Position numbers and translations under genes: made by a program. 64,000 nucleotides of DNA from an uncultured delta proteobacterium (lineage in GTDB: Bacteria > Desulfobacterota > Binatia > UBA9968), in contig CAWJBB010000039.1 in the NCBI GenBank assembly GCA_963840855.1, positions 60,517-124,516 of the forward strand. Direction: 5' to 3'. The notes under the pieces are model-generated. The model was not told the origin of the DNA and did no database searches. It saw nothing but the letters and a program-made list of their open reading frames with translations. Positions 20,120 through 29,010 of this stretch are shown here, piece by piece. Position 1 is the stretch's first letter. Each line of letters begins with the position of its first letter.

Positions 20120-21811
20120 ATGGCTGATTCAAGCGACACAAAAACCGCAGCCCAGGCCTATTTGCAAGTGGCGGCGGCGCATGGAGTCGAATATGTTTTC
20201 GGTTTGCCGGGCACCAGCGGCCAGGAATTCATCGGCACCATAGCCGATCAAGAAAAGATCCGCTTCGTGCTCGCGCTGCACGAGACCTGCGTCGTTTCCA
20301 TGGCAGACGGTCATGCGCGGGTAACCGGCCGTCCGTCGCTGGCGCAGGTGAGCACGTTGCCCGGTTCGGCAAACGCGGTGGGCGCGCTGTACGATGCCTA
20401 CCGCGACCGCTCGCCGGTTGTCGTCACATCGACGAACGTCGACACGCGGATCGCCGGCCGCGACTCGCACACGGAAAGCAAGGACCTCGTTGAGATGACC
20501 AAGCAGTTCACCAAATGGAGCGCCGAAGTCCATCGCTCGGACCGCATTGCCGAGTATTTGAATCGCGCATTTAAGGTCGCTTCGACGCCGCCCACTGGCC
20601 CGGTTTATCTTGCGCTGCCCAGCAATCTGCTCGGCGAATCCGTCAGTATACCGAATCCGATGGCCGACCGTTCGCGCATCGTCCCACGCATCGGCGCCGA
20701 TCCGGAAGCGCTGCGGGACGCCGCGCGGCTAATTGCCGGAGCGAAGCGGCCGTTGATCGTCGCCGGGAGCGGCGTCGCCAAGGCGGGCGCGATAGAAGAG
20801 CTGGTCAAGTTTGCAGAGATGGTGGCGGCGCCGGTGGTCATGGAACCGCGCTATTCATTCTTGAGCTTCCCGACTAATCATCCGCAGAGTTTTCAGATCC
20901 CGGAGCGCCAGCCGTCCTTCAATCTGCCGGTCTGGGGCGAGCCGGATGTGATCCTGGCCATCGGCTGCCGCTTGATCCGCGAATACCGCTATCTGCCGGA
21001 GCCGGTCATGAAGCCGGAAACCCGCTGTATTCATATTGAGGAAGATCCCTGGGAAATCGGTAAGGTTTTCCCAGTCGATGTCGGCATTATCGCCGACGCC
21101 AAGAGCGCGCTCCGTTCGCTACTCGAAATTCATGCCGCCTTCGCTGTCTCGGCCAAGGGCCGCGACGAGCGGCTGGAACGCATTCGCGAAGCCCAGGAAC
21201 AAGTCAAATCGGAGCTGGAAAGCCGCGTGCAACAAGGCTGGGACGATAGGCCGATCAATGCCGCACGGCTAGCCCGCACCATGGGCCGGCTTCTGGAAAA
21301 TGACATTTTGATCGTCAACGAAAGCCCGACCAGCAAAGATATTCTCCTGGCCAATTTCCAATTTGGCGAGGGCAGGTCCTACTTCTCCAATTCATCCGGC
21401 GGTTATCTCGGCTGGGGAATCGGCGCAGCCATCGGCGCTCAATTGGGCTCGCCCCGTCGCCGCGTCGTCGCTTGCCTCGGCGACGGCAGCGCCATGTTCG
21501 GCATCCAGGGGCTCTGGACACTGGCAAAATACCGCGTGCCGCTGTTGGTGATCGTGTTCAACAACCGCGCCTACATGGCGGTGAAGAATCAATTCAGCGG
21601 TTCCGCAGAAAGGGTTCGCAGCGCGGCCGAAATGGGCGCGGAAATCGTCGGACCTGATATCAACTTCGCCAGATTGGCGGACACCTTTGGAATCTTCGGC
21701 CAGCGCGTCGAGAGCCCGGAGGCTATCGAGCCGGCGCTAAGAAGAGCCATGGAGCAAAACGGGCCGGCTCTCGTCGACGTTGTGATCGCCCAGAACACCA
21801 GAAAGGACTAG
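20120..21811 (+). CDS. Thiamine diphosphate enzyme, benzoylformate decarboxylase/ALS-like
   Basis: VFGLPGT, LHE..VVSMADG, GDGSAMF...VFNNRAY. Confidence 0.88.
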   Translation: MADSSDTKTAAQAYLQVAAAHGVEYVFGLPGTSGQEFIGTIADQEKIRFVLALHETCVVSMADGHARVTGRPSLAQVSTLPGSANAVGALYDAYRDRSPVVVTSTNVDTRIAGRDSHTESKDLVEMTKQFTKWSAEVHRSDRIAEYLNRAFKVASTPPTGPVYLALPSNLLGESVSIPNPMADRSRIVPRIGADPEALRDAARLIAGAKRPLIVAGSGVAKAGAIEELVKFAEMVAAPVVMEPRYSFLSFPTNHPQSFQIPERQPSFNLPVWGEPDVILAIGCRLIREYRYLPEPVMKPETRCIHIEEDPWEIGKVFPVDVGIIADAKSALRSLLEIHAAFAVSAKGRDERLERIREAQEQVKSELESRVQQGWDDRPINAARLARTMGRLLENDILIVNESPTSKDILLANFQFGEGRSYFSNSSGGYLGWGIGAAIGAQLGSPRRRVVACLGDGSAMFGIQGLWTLAKYRVPLLVIVFNNRAYMAVKNQFSGSAERVRSAAEMGAEIVGPDINFARLADTFGIFGQRVESPEAIEPALRRAMEQNGPALVDVVIAQNTRKD

Positions 21812-21861
21812 CCGGAGTTCCGTGAATGGGTGGATAAGCGGGGAATTGCGTAATCGAAAAC

Positions 21862-21885
21862 AAAAAAGGCGCCGTCACAGGCGCC
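21862..21885 (-). terminator. Intrinsic terminator (minus strand)
   Basis: GGCGCC-TGTGAC-GGCGCC hairpin followed by T6. Confidence 0.75.
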
Positions 21886-22070
21886 ATTCGATGGACTCAG
21901 GGTGACGTGCCCGATCAAACCACAAAGCACGCCAAGGGTGGAAAGTTAAGGAGTGATTTCTATTTTGCGCCCTGGCTCAGCCCGTGGCTGATCAGCCTTG
22001 GGCTGAGTCTTGGCGCGATAAAATTTCTTTTAGTTCTGTCACCGATTAAAAAGGTTAGCAGCTAGAGGCT

Positions 22071-22325
22071 TTATCTCATTCTTCCCATGGAGTACTGAAG
22101 CTTTTTCAGTTCCCCTTCCAAAAACATGTCCTTGATGACGTGGCGGTCCAAATGCGCCTCCATCTGTTGTGCCGGATAAATTTTCGTGCCGCAGCGGTGG
22201 CAAAGAACCGCGTGGAAGATGTTGCTGTCGAAGTTTATCGCCGTTTCGCTGGTTGCGCTGGTTGCGCTGGTTTCGCTGGTTGCGCTGGTTGCGCTGGTTG
22301 CGTTGGTTGCGCTTGACGTTTCCAT
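22071..22325 (-). CDS. 84-aa protein with Ser/Ala/Thr repeat and C2H2-type zinc finger motif
   Basis: AGGAG RBS before ATG 22325; CHRCGTKIYPAQQMEAHLDRH = C-x2-C-x12-H-x3-H. Confidence 0.7.
   Translation of the reverse strand: METSSATNATSATSATSETSATSATSETAINFDSNIFHAVLCHRCGTKIYPAQQMEAHLDRHVIKDMFLEGELKKLQYSMGRMR
22243..22314. repeat. In-frame 9-bp tandem repeat, 8 units
   Basis: GTT(G/T)CGCTG x8 with a 27-bp superperiod; encodes SAT/NAT/SET triplets. Confidence 0.95.
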
Positions 22326-22368
22326 GTTCCGCTTCTCCTGTTCTACTGAAGGCTCGCAACGGTTTGCC

Positions 22369-22383
22369 GCAAGACCGGTGCCA
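22369..22383 (-). promoter_or_regulatory. Sigma54 -24/-12 promoter
   Basis: TGGCAC-CGGTC-TTGC (GG-N10-GC), 44 bp upstream of ATG 22325. Confidence 0.7.
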
Positions 22384-22607
22384 AGCATTGAAGCGTATTA
22401 GAAACTCTTGAAATGACGGCACAATATGGTGCGAAGAGAGAAACCGGGTAAGCCAGGGTGACACCCGGGAAAGGGTCAATTTGTTGTCACTCCGGCATTA
22501 TTTTGCCACCGCGTGCATTTTTGTCGCAAACGTGCGAAATCTTATCCGCCTATCCTCGAGGGCGCGGGAAATTGCGGCGCCCTTGGTTTTGTTATTTAAT
22601 GGCTAGA

Positions 22608-23753
22608 ATGACCGGCAATAATAGCGTGACTCCGTCCCAGAGTTTGATTTGTTCCGAGGACGACGCAGGGGCTTACCGTCTCGGCATCATCACCCTCGAC
22701 AATTCACGTGCGCTCAACGCCCTGGACCTGAGCATGCTACGAACGATGGAAGCCAAGCTCCTCGAATGGCGGCACCGGGGCGACATCGTCTGCATCGTCG
22801 TTCATGCAAACTCGGACAGAGCGTTCTGCGCCGGCGGCGATGTCAAAGCTCTGGTCTTAAGCATGAAAGAAAATCCGGGGATTCAAGTTGGGATCGATTA
22901 CTTCACGACGGAATACTTCGTTGATTATCTGATCCACGCCTACGACAAGCCGATACTTTGCTGGGCGGATGGCATAACGATGGGCGGCGGCATTGGCATC
23001 ATGAACGGCGCGAGCTCACGGGTTGTCACCGAACGAACAACAATGGCGATGCCGGAAAGCGCCATCGGCTTGTATCCAGACGTCGGCGGAACCTATTTTT
23101 TAAACCGCCTGCCGGACGGGCTGGGTCTGTATCTCGCCCTTACCTCGGCGCGCTTTGATGGCTATGACGCGGTCGCCATCGGCATGGCGGACCACTGGAT
23201 TCCATCGCTGCGGAAAGCCGAGGTTCTGGCGGGTCTCGCCGCGCTGGATTGGACCCACGACGGAGCCCTGAACAAGCAGATTCTGCGCGAATACGTGACG
23301 TCGTTCTCCGCAGCGAATCCTTCCGGCCGCTCCGATTTAATGACGCGCCTGGACGCCGTGCGAGCTTTGACATGCCATTCGAGCAGCGAAGCAATCGATG
23401 GCGTCTTTCGCGGCTGGACCGGCGATGACGAGTGGATGGAAAACGCCATGCGCGGCTACCTCGCCGCTTCGCCCACTTCCGTCAAGGCAATTTTCAAACA
23501 GATAACCCAGGGTAAGAGTTTGTCCAAGAAAGCGGCGTTCCTGCGCGAATGGGACATGTCGGCTAATTTTTGCGCGGCCTCGGATTTCCCCGAAGGCGTG
23601 CGCGCGCGGCTCATCGACAAGGATCAAAAGCCGCGCTGGAACCCCGCGACGCTGGCCGAAGTGCGCGACGGCGACATCGAACGGCTTTTCTCCAAACAAC
23701 ATGGCCAGCCGGATTTGCTCGCGCAAAAATTTTCGGAACACGGCTTGAGTTGA
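22608..23753 (+). CDS. Crotonase-family protein, 3-hydroxyisobutyryl-CoA hydrolase-like
   Basis: [50 protein letters not shown]; start uncertain. Confidence 0.88.
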   Translation: MTGNNSVTPSQSLICSEDDAGAYRLGIITLDNSRALNALDLSMLRTMEAKLLEWRHRGDIVCIVVHANSDRAFCAGGDVKALVLSMKENPGIQVGIDYFTTEYFVDYLIHAYDKPILCWADGITMGGGIGIMNGASSRVVTERTTMAMPESAIGLYPDVGGTYFLNRLPDGLGLYLALTSARFDGYDAVAIGMADHWIPSLRKAEVLAGLAALDWTHDGALNKQILREYVTSFSAANPSGRSDLMTRLDAVRALTCHSSSEAIDGVFRGWTGDDEWMENAMRGYLAASPTSVKAIFKQITQGKSLSKKAAFLREWDMSANFCAASDFPEGVRARLIDKDQKPRWNPATLAEVRDGDIERLFSKQHGQPDLLAQKFSEHGLS

Positions 23754-23816
23754 AGACCTTGTTGTTCGATGATACGTGCCATGACAGCCGGGGGCAACCC
23801 GGATGTTGAGAGGCCA

Positions 23817-24791
23817 ATGATGGGTACCAGCCCACTGGAAATCGATCTATCGCAGATGCGCTACGACATCACGATGCCGCTCTTCGAAGGCCGAGTACCG
23901 ATGGACGGCGTTTCACTGAAGCCGGTAAAAGCATCGTCGATGATCAACAAGGAAGACCCCAAACTGAAGGCCGGCGACTTTGGCCTTTTGGATTTGAATC
24001 TGGGTTACTTTCTACCGGCCATCGAAGCGGGTTGGGAGATCGTCGGCCTGCCGGTTTTTTCCAAGCGCAAGCCCGTCTATCAACTCCTTTTCTGTAACTC
24101 CGCGTCCGCGATTCGCTCCGCCGCGGATCTGTCGGGCAAGAAGATCGGCTCGCGCACTTACCGCACGGCGCTCACTGTCTGGGCGCGCGGCTTGCTCAAG
24201 GAGCGCAATGGCGTGGACTTCTCCAAAGTCACGTGGGTGCTGCAAGCCAGGGAAGTGTTTCCGGTGCATGATCCATCGTTGGACATCGAGTACGTCGATG
24301 AATCGAAAAACATGGCGCAGCGGCTCATCGCCGGCGAACTGGACGCGCTCATTACGGATATTTCCGACACCAAGCTCTTCGAAGCTCTGGAGAACAACCC
24401 TAAAGTGCGCCGCCTTTTCGCCAATTATGTTGAAGACGATCAGGAGCTTTACAACGACACCGGCATCTTCACGCCGGTGCACATGATCGTCATGAGCCGC
24501 CGGCTTGATCGCCAACATCCCGAGTTAGCGGGCATGTTCTACACGGCGTTTGAGAAAGCCAAGCAGATCGCTTACGACGATATCCTCAGCGACCGCGGCG
24601 GTTTCTCCGTCGTTTACCTGCGCGAAAGAATGAAGGAGCAAATGGCGACCTGGGGCGACCCCTGGCAATACGGTATCAAAGCCAATAAAACAACGATGGA
24701 CGCGTTCATTAGATACAACGTCGAACAAGGCATGGTCCGCAGAGCGCCGTCCTACGAAGAAATCTTCGCCGCCGGCGTGCTGGACACTTAA
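23817..24791 (+). CDS. 4,5-dihydroxyphthalate decarboxylase-like protein (PBP2 fold)
   Basis: YDITMPLFEGRV, LPVFSKR, YRTALTVWARGLL, TGIFTPVH, GDPWQYGIKAN; adjacent to a phthalate-type Rieske oxygenase. Confidence 0.7.
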   Translation: MMGTSPLEIDLSQMRYDITMPLFEGRVPMDGVSLKPVKASSMINKEDPKLKAGDFGLLDLNLGYFLPAIEAGWEIVGLPVFSKRKPVYQLLFCNSASAIRSAADLSGKKIGSRTYRTALTVWARGLLKERNGVDFSKVTWVLQAREVFPVHDPSLDIEYVDESKNMAQRLIAGELDALITDISDTKLFEALENNPKVRRLFANYVEDDQELYNDTGIFTPVHMIVMSRRLDRQHPELAGMFYTAFEKAKQIAYDDILSDRGGFSVVYLRERMKEQMATWGDPWQYGIKANKTTMDAFIRYNVEQGMVRRAPSYEEIFAAGVLDT

Positions 24792-24807
24792 TTGTGAATT
24801 CCACGAA

Positions 24808-24879
24808 TTGAACGGCTTGAACGTTTTGAACAATTTGAACCCCTGAGGACTCTGAACCTTGAACTTTGAACCTTGAACG
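24808..24879. repeat. TTGAAC arrays, 9-bp period then 7-bp period (single orientation)
   Basis: TTGAACGGC TTGAACGTT TTGAACAAT TTGAACCCC ... CTGAACC TTGAACT TTGAACC TTGAACG. Confidence 0.85.
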
Positions 24880-24898
24880 GACCGCTAAGGAGCGACTG

Positions 24899-26182
24899 AT
24901 GCTATCTAAAGAAGACAACGAGTTGCTCACCCGAACCAATGCGGGTACGCCGGCGGGCGATCTAATGCGGCGCTACTGGATACCCGCGCTATTGTCAGAG
25001 GAGATTCCCGCGCCTGATTGTCCACCGGCTCGGGTGAAGCTTTTGGGCGAAGAACTCGTCGCTTTCCGAGACACTCAAGGCCGCATTGGCCTGATCGGCG
25101 AGCACTGTGCCCATCGCGGCACGTCGCTATTCTTCGGGCGCAACGAAGAGTGCGGCCTGCGCTGCATTTATCATGGTTGGAAATACGACGTTGAAGGCAA
25201 CGTCCTGGATACCCCCGCGGAACCGGGCGATAGCGACTTTAGAAAAAAAATGCGCCACACCGCCTATCCGACGCATGAAGCGAACGGTGTTATTTATGCT
25301 TACCTCGGCCCGCGCGAAAAGATGCCGCTCTTTCCTAACTACGAATGGATCCAGGTGCCGCTGGAATTTACTTATGTGACGAAATGCCTGCTGGAGTGCA
25401 ACTACCTTCAAGGGCTCGAAGGCGAATGCGATTCGTCCCATCTGTCTTTTCTCCACCGCGCTTTCACCAACGAGCGCAATCAAGCTATGTATAAGAGCGA
25501 TACTTCCCCCGTCTATGAAACCGAAGATGCCGACTTCGGAGTGCGGCTCATCGCCACGCGCAGTTCCGATAACCAACACTACGTCCGCTTTTCCGCCTTC
25601 GTGATGCCGGTGTACGGCTGCGTCCCCGCCGGCAGACCGACCAATGAGCTTGACGGCTATGAAATCCACACCTATGTCCCGGCCGATGACACACACTGCT
25701 GGCGCTATGACATTGGTTTTCGCCGCGACCGGGCCGTGCGCGACGATGAAGTGCACCGGCGCAAGCAGATCAACCCCGACTACTCGAAGATTCGCAACGC
25801 GCGTAACAACTATCTGCAGGACCGCCAGATGCAAAAGGCGGTTAATTTTACCGGCATCGAAGATTTTTTGAATCACGATGCCTGCGCCACGGAAAGCATG
25901 GGAGCGATTTTCGACCGCAGCAAGGAACATCTCGGGGTAAGCGACAAGGCCGTCATTGCGGTGCGGAAACGTTTGCTCAATTCGATCAAGGAGCTGCAAC
26001 AGGGGAACGAGCCGCCGCACCTCGTCCTCAAAGCGGAGCGGAACTGGTTCCCGCATATTGACTGCTTTGCCCATTTGGTGGCCAAGAACGTTTCGTGGCG
26101 GCAAAAGTTCGACTACCTGACGCCGGCAGCGCAGAAGGAAAACCCGGCGTCATTTGCGGCGCGGCAGAAAGCCGCGTCCTGA
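24899..26182 (+). CDS. Rieske non-heme iron oxygenase, phthalate 4,5-dioxygenase-like
   Basis: CAHRG...CIYHGW Rieske ligands; EGECDSSHLSFLH iron site; D...ESMG...EHLGVSD. Confidence 0.9.
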   Translation: MLSKEDNELLTRTNAGTPAGDLMRRYWIPALLSEEIPAPDCPPARVKLLGEELVAFRDTQGRIGLIGEHCAHRGTSLFFGRNEECGLRCIYHGWKYDVEGNVLDTPAEPGDSDFRKKMRHTAYPTHEANGVIYAYLGPREKMPLFPNYEWIQVPLEFTYVTKCLLECNYLQGLEGECDSSHLSFLHRAFTNERNQAMYKSDTSPVYETEDADFGVRLIATRSSDNQHYVRFSAFVMPVYGCVPAGRPTNELDGYEIHTYVPADDTHCWRYDIGFRRDRAVRDDEVHRRKQINPDYSKIRNARNNYLQDRQMQKAVNFTGIEDFLNHDACATESMGAIFDRSKEHLGVSDKAVIAVRKRLLNSIKELQQGNEPPHLVLKAERNWFPHIDCFAHLVAKNVSWRQKFDYLTPAAQKENPASFAARQKAAS

Positions 26183-26255
26183 GTCGCCGTGAACCTCCAG
26201 GGGCGTCGGGTCGGGGTCCTTGCAGCCCAAATCTAGCAGGACAGCTGGAGACACC

Positions 26256-27002
26256 ATGAAGAAGACAAAACGACCCGGCCCCGAGCGTCGCGCCGCCATC
26301 AAGCTTGTCGAGAAGGAACTCGGGATTGGCGCAAAAATTTTGGAATGGGAAATCGGCGATATCTGGGGGCATGTCGGCGTCCGTCTGCCCGACAGCCGAG
26401 GCATCGCCGTGCAATTGTTCCGCCGGGCTGAAGAAGGCAATAAAGATTGGCTGGTGCACTTTGATTATTCGCTCAAGAAGCTTTCTGGCGTCGGCACGAT
26501 TCCTCGTGAAGCCGTTATCTATACTGAAATTTTCAAGGCGCGCCCGGACGTCAATGCCGCCGTGCATTGCCACGCGTCCATGTGCGTCGCGCTGAGCATT
26601 GCTGACAAACCGGTCTCCTGCGTGCATGTGCAATCCAACCGCTTCGGCGGCGGCGTGCCGATCTATCCGAGGCCGATCTACATTCTGGATGAATTCGAAG
26701 GGGCGGACCTGGCTCGCACCCTTGGGAACGCCAACGGCATGATGATCAAAGGTCATGGAATTGTTACCGTCGGCAAGTCCATCGACGAGGCGTGCATAAA
26801 TGCGGTTTACATGGAGCGCACGGCGAAGATCATGGCTATGGCCCAGCTGTTCGGCTTCAGCGGCGTGCCGGACGAATTCTTCGGACAACTGACCAGCAGC
26901 AAGCAGAAGCTTCTTTCCCGGGGAACAAGGTTGTCCCACTCCGCCGAGTGGAACTACTACGCCGACAAAATCAAAAAAGGCGAGCGCTGGACGCGCGGGT
27001 GA
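26256..27002 (+). CDS. Class II aldolase/adducin family protein
   Basis: GHVGVR, IPRE..IY..IFKARPDV.AAVHCH, KGHGIV. Confidence 0.85.
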   Translation: MKKTKRPGPERRAAIKLVEKELGIGAKILEWEIGDIWGHVGVRLPDSRGIAVQLFRRAEEGNKDWLVHFDYSLKKLSGVGTIPREAVIYTEIFKARPDVNAAVHCHASMCVALSIADKPVSCVHVQSNRFGGGVPIYPRPIYILDEFEGADLARTLGNANGMMIKGHGIVTVGKSIDEACINAVYMERTAKIMAMAQLFGFSGVPDEFFGQLTSSKQKLLSRGTRLSHSAEWNYYADKIKKGERWTRG

Positions 27003-27078
27003 GCGTGAACGAGCGCTTCGTCCTGCGTTTCGAGTTTCGGATTATCCTCGAAGCCATGAGCAAACACGAAGGCTGACG

Positions 27079-28065
27079 ATGTACACTCGATGTTTCAGTG
27101 CAATTCTCCTGGCGCTGCTCGCGTTGGCATCATCGCTCCCCGCCCAAGAGACACACCTGGTCGCCTACGCCGGGTTCGCGGGTTTCCAAGCGCCGGTCTG
27201 GGCTCCAAAAGATCTGGGCCTTTTCACGAAGTACGGGTTTAACGGCGACGTCGTGTTGGTGCCGGGCTCAGTGCGCCAAATCCAGGCCATCGTGGGAGGC
27301 AGTATTCATTTTGCCCAAGCCGATGCCGCCACCGCCGTCAATGCGATCAATCAGGGACTCGATCTCGTCATGATCTCCGGCACGTTGAACTCTTTTCCTT
27401 ATAGCTTTGTCACACAGAAAGAAATCCGCAAACCCGAAGATTTGACCGGCAAAAAGATCGGCGTCCTCGCCGTCGGCGGCGCCACCGAAACGGCGACGTT
27501 TCTCGCCCTCAGGGCTTGGAACATTTCGCGCCAATCGGTAACGATCTTCCCCGCTGGAGATTCCGCGGCGCGCATCATCGCCCTTTCAGCTAAGGCCATC
27601 GACGGAACCATGCTGTCTTATCCTGACATCAACGAGGCCGTCCGCCTGGGCATGCATGAGTTGGTGAAAATGAGCGATGTCAAAGGATCATCCTTTCCGA
27701 TGAACGTGATGGTCGCGCGCCGCTCCTTCGTCGAAAAAAATCGCGACATCGTGAAACGTTTCCAGCAGGCCTACGCCGAGGGCACCTACCAATTCGTAAC
27801 CAGCAGAGAAAAGGGCCTGGCGATTTTAGCCAAGCGGCTCAGGTTTAAAAACCCCAAGGGCGTTGAAGAGACCTATGACTATTTCGCCAAGAGCTTTTCT
27901 TTCCCGACGCGGGTTTCCCACGAAGGCCTGCGCAACACCTTGGAAATTATCGCGCAGCGCAACCCCTCGGTCAAAGTCGATATGAACGTGAGCCGCTATC
28001 TCGACGAAGGCATCCTGGACGAATTGGAACGGGAAGGATTTTTTAAGAAACTGGCGGGCAAGTAG
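27079..28065 (+). CDS. ABC substrate-binding protein, NMT1/SsuA-like
   Basis: Signal peptide; GLFTKYG, EDLTGKKIGV, DELEREGFF. Confidence 0.85.
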   Translation: MYTRCFSAILLALLALASSLPAQETHLVAYAGFAGFQAPVWAPKDLGLFTKYGFNGDVVLVPGSVRQIQAIVGGSIHFAQADAATAVNAINQGLDLVMISGTLNSFPYSFVTQKEIRKPEDLTGKKIGVLAVGGATETATFLALRAWNISRQSVTIFPAGDSAARIIALSAKAIDGTMLSYPDINEAVRLGMHELVKMSDVKGSSFPMNVMVARRSFVEKNRDIVKRFQQAYAEGTYQFVTSREKGLAILAKRLRFKNPKGVEETYDYFAKSFSFPTRVSHEGLRNTLEIIAQRNPSVKVDMNVSRYLDEGILDELEREGFFKKLAGK

Positions 28066-28089
28066 GGGCGACCGGCCGGTCGCCCCTGC
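28062..28089. repeat. GTAG-type REP palindrome
   Basis: GTAGGGGCGACCGGCCGGTCGCCCCTGC; includes the stop codon of the upstream gene. Confidence 0.8.
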
Positions 28090-28112
28090 TCATTTCTTAC
28101 GGAGGCAATCCC

Positions 28113-28157
28113 ATAGCAAAATTCGTCATCGACGCAGACGGGCATATAATGGAAGAC
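28113..28157 (+). pseudogene. 5' stub of an amidohydrolase gene
   Basis: GGAGG RBS then ATA-AKFVIDADGHIMED (D-x-D-x-H metal motif); ends at the junction with the opposite-strand relic. Confidence 0.65.
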
Positions 28158-28658
28158 CGACCCGTCGATATTCCCTGACTTCAAGGCCGCAAGTCTTTCC
28201 GCTTCGTTGCCGATTTGTAAGATCGAAACATCCCTGGGATCGACACCAACCCTTTGTAGCAGCGCCCGGGTGCCAAACTCCGAGGCCGCTGCGAACCGGC
28301 TGATGCCAAAGCGTTTACCTTTGAGATCGCCGACTCGCTTCAGCTCGGGCCGCGTCACCAGCTGATAGCCCATCCGGTCATCCGACATGGCAATGTAGAT
28401 GATGTCGGCGCCGCGCAGATTGGCGGCCACGCCGGGAGCGCCGGTAAGTTGAGCGATCTCGAGATCTCCAGAAAGCAGCGCCTGCATGACCGGGCCGCCG
28501 CCCGGCACATAGACAACCATCGACGAAAGGCCGTACTTGGTGTAAAGGCCGCGTTTCTCCGCCAGCGATACGAACAGGGCATGCGGGTTAACTGAGCTGT
28601 AGCTAACGCGGATGGGTTCCTGAGCGAACGCGGATGTACGCTGGCAAGAAAGAAGCAT
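28152..28658 (-). pseudogene. 3'-truncated NMT1/SsuA-like substrate-binding protein
   Basis: IRVSYSS, GLYTKYGL, DLKGKRFGISRF, RLAALKSGNIDGSVF, then nonsense; about half the normal length. Confidence 0.75.
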
Positions 28659-28764
28659 CAGGCACGAAGCTAATCGCTGTGATCAAGGGTTTAGCCATTG
28701 TTACACCTAAGCAGATCAAAAAAATTTCCGGCTTTATCTTCCTCCGTTGGAGACTATGTCGCAA

Positions 28765-28853
28765 TGTCATTCTGAGGCGACGCCGAAGAATCTCGTCTTC
28801 GTAACTCCTTGGATACAGGGAATATTAGCCATAAAGACCTCCTTCGCGTGCGG
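28765..28853. repeat. Partial GTCATTCTGAG-type small palindromic element
   Basis: TGTCATTCTGAGGCGACGCCGAAGAATCTC with a degenerate right arm (CCTTCGCGTGC). Confidence 0.4.
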
Positions 28854-28902
28854 TTTTATAGTCCTTTTATTCTTGCTGAGAGCTGGCTGTCAACGGATCG
28901 AT

Positions 28903-29010
28903 TGGAGTGATGGAGTATTGGAGTGTTGGGTAAACTGAGTGGCGGCTACGAATAGCTAATCTCGAACCTCGGGTTGATCCGAACCCAGTACTCCACCACT
29001 CCATTACTCC
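28903..29010. repeat. Octamer-period inverted-arm element (TGGAGTNN / NNACTCCA)
   Basis: TGGAGTGA TGGAGTAT TGGAGTGT TGGG ... CCCAGTACTCCACCACTCCATTACTCC. Confidence 0.85.

Noticed and set aside
22039-22479. Alternative ORFs over the 9-bp repeat (NQR, WLR, VAL repeats)
   Set aside because: Open only because the repeat lacks stops; RBS, promoter and Cys/His motif support the 22325 frame.
25127-26939. Long antisense ORFs (325 and 303 aa; also 15344-16255, 42213-43022, 57808-58881)
   Set aside because: Shadow frames opposite well-supported high-GC genes; no recognisable motifs.
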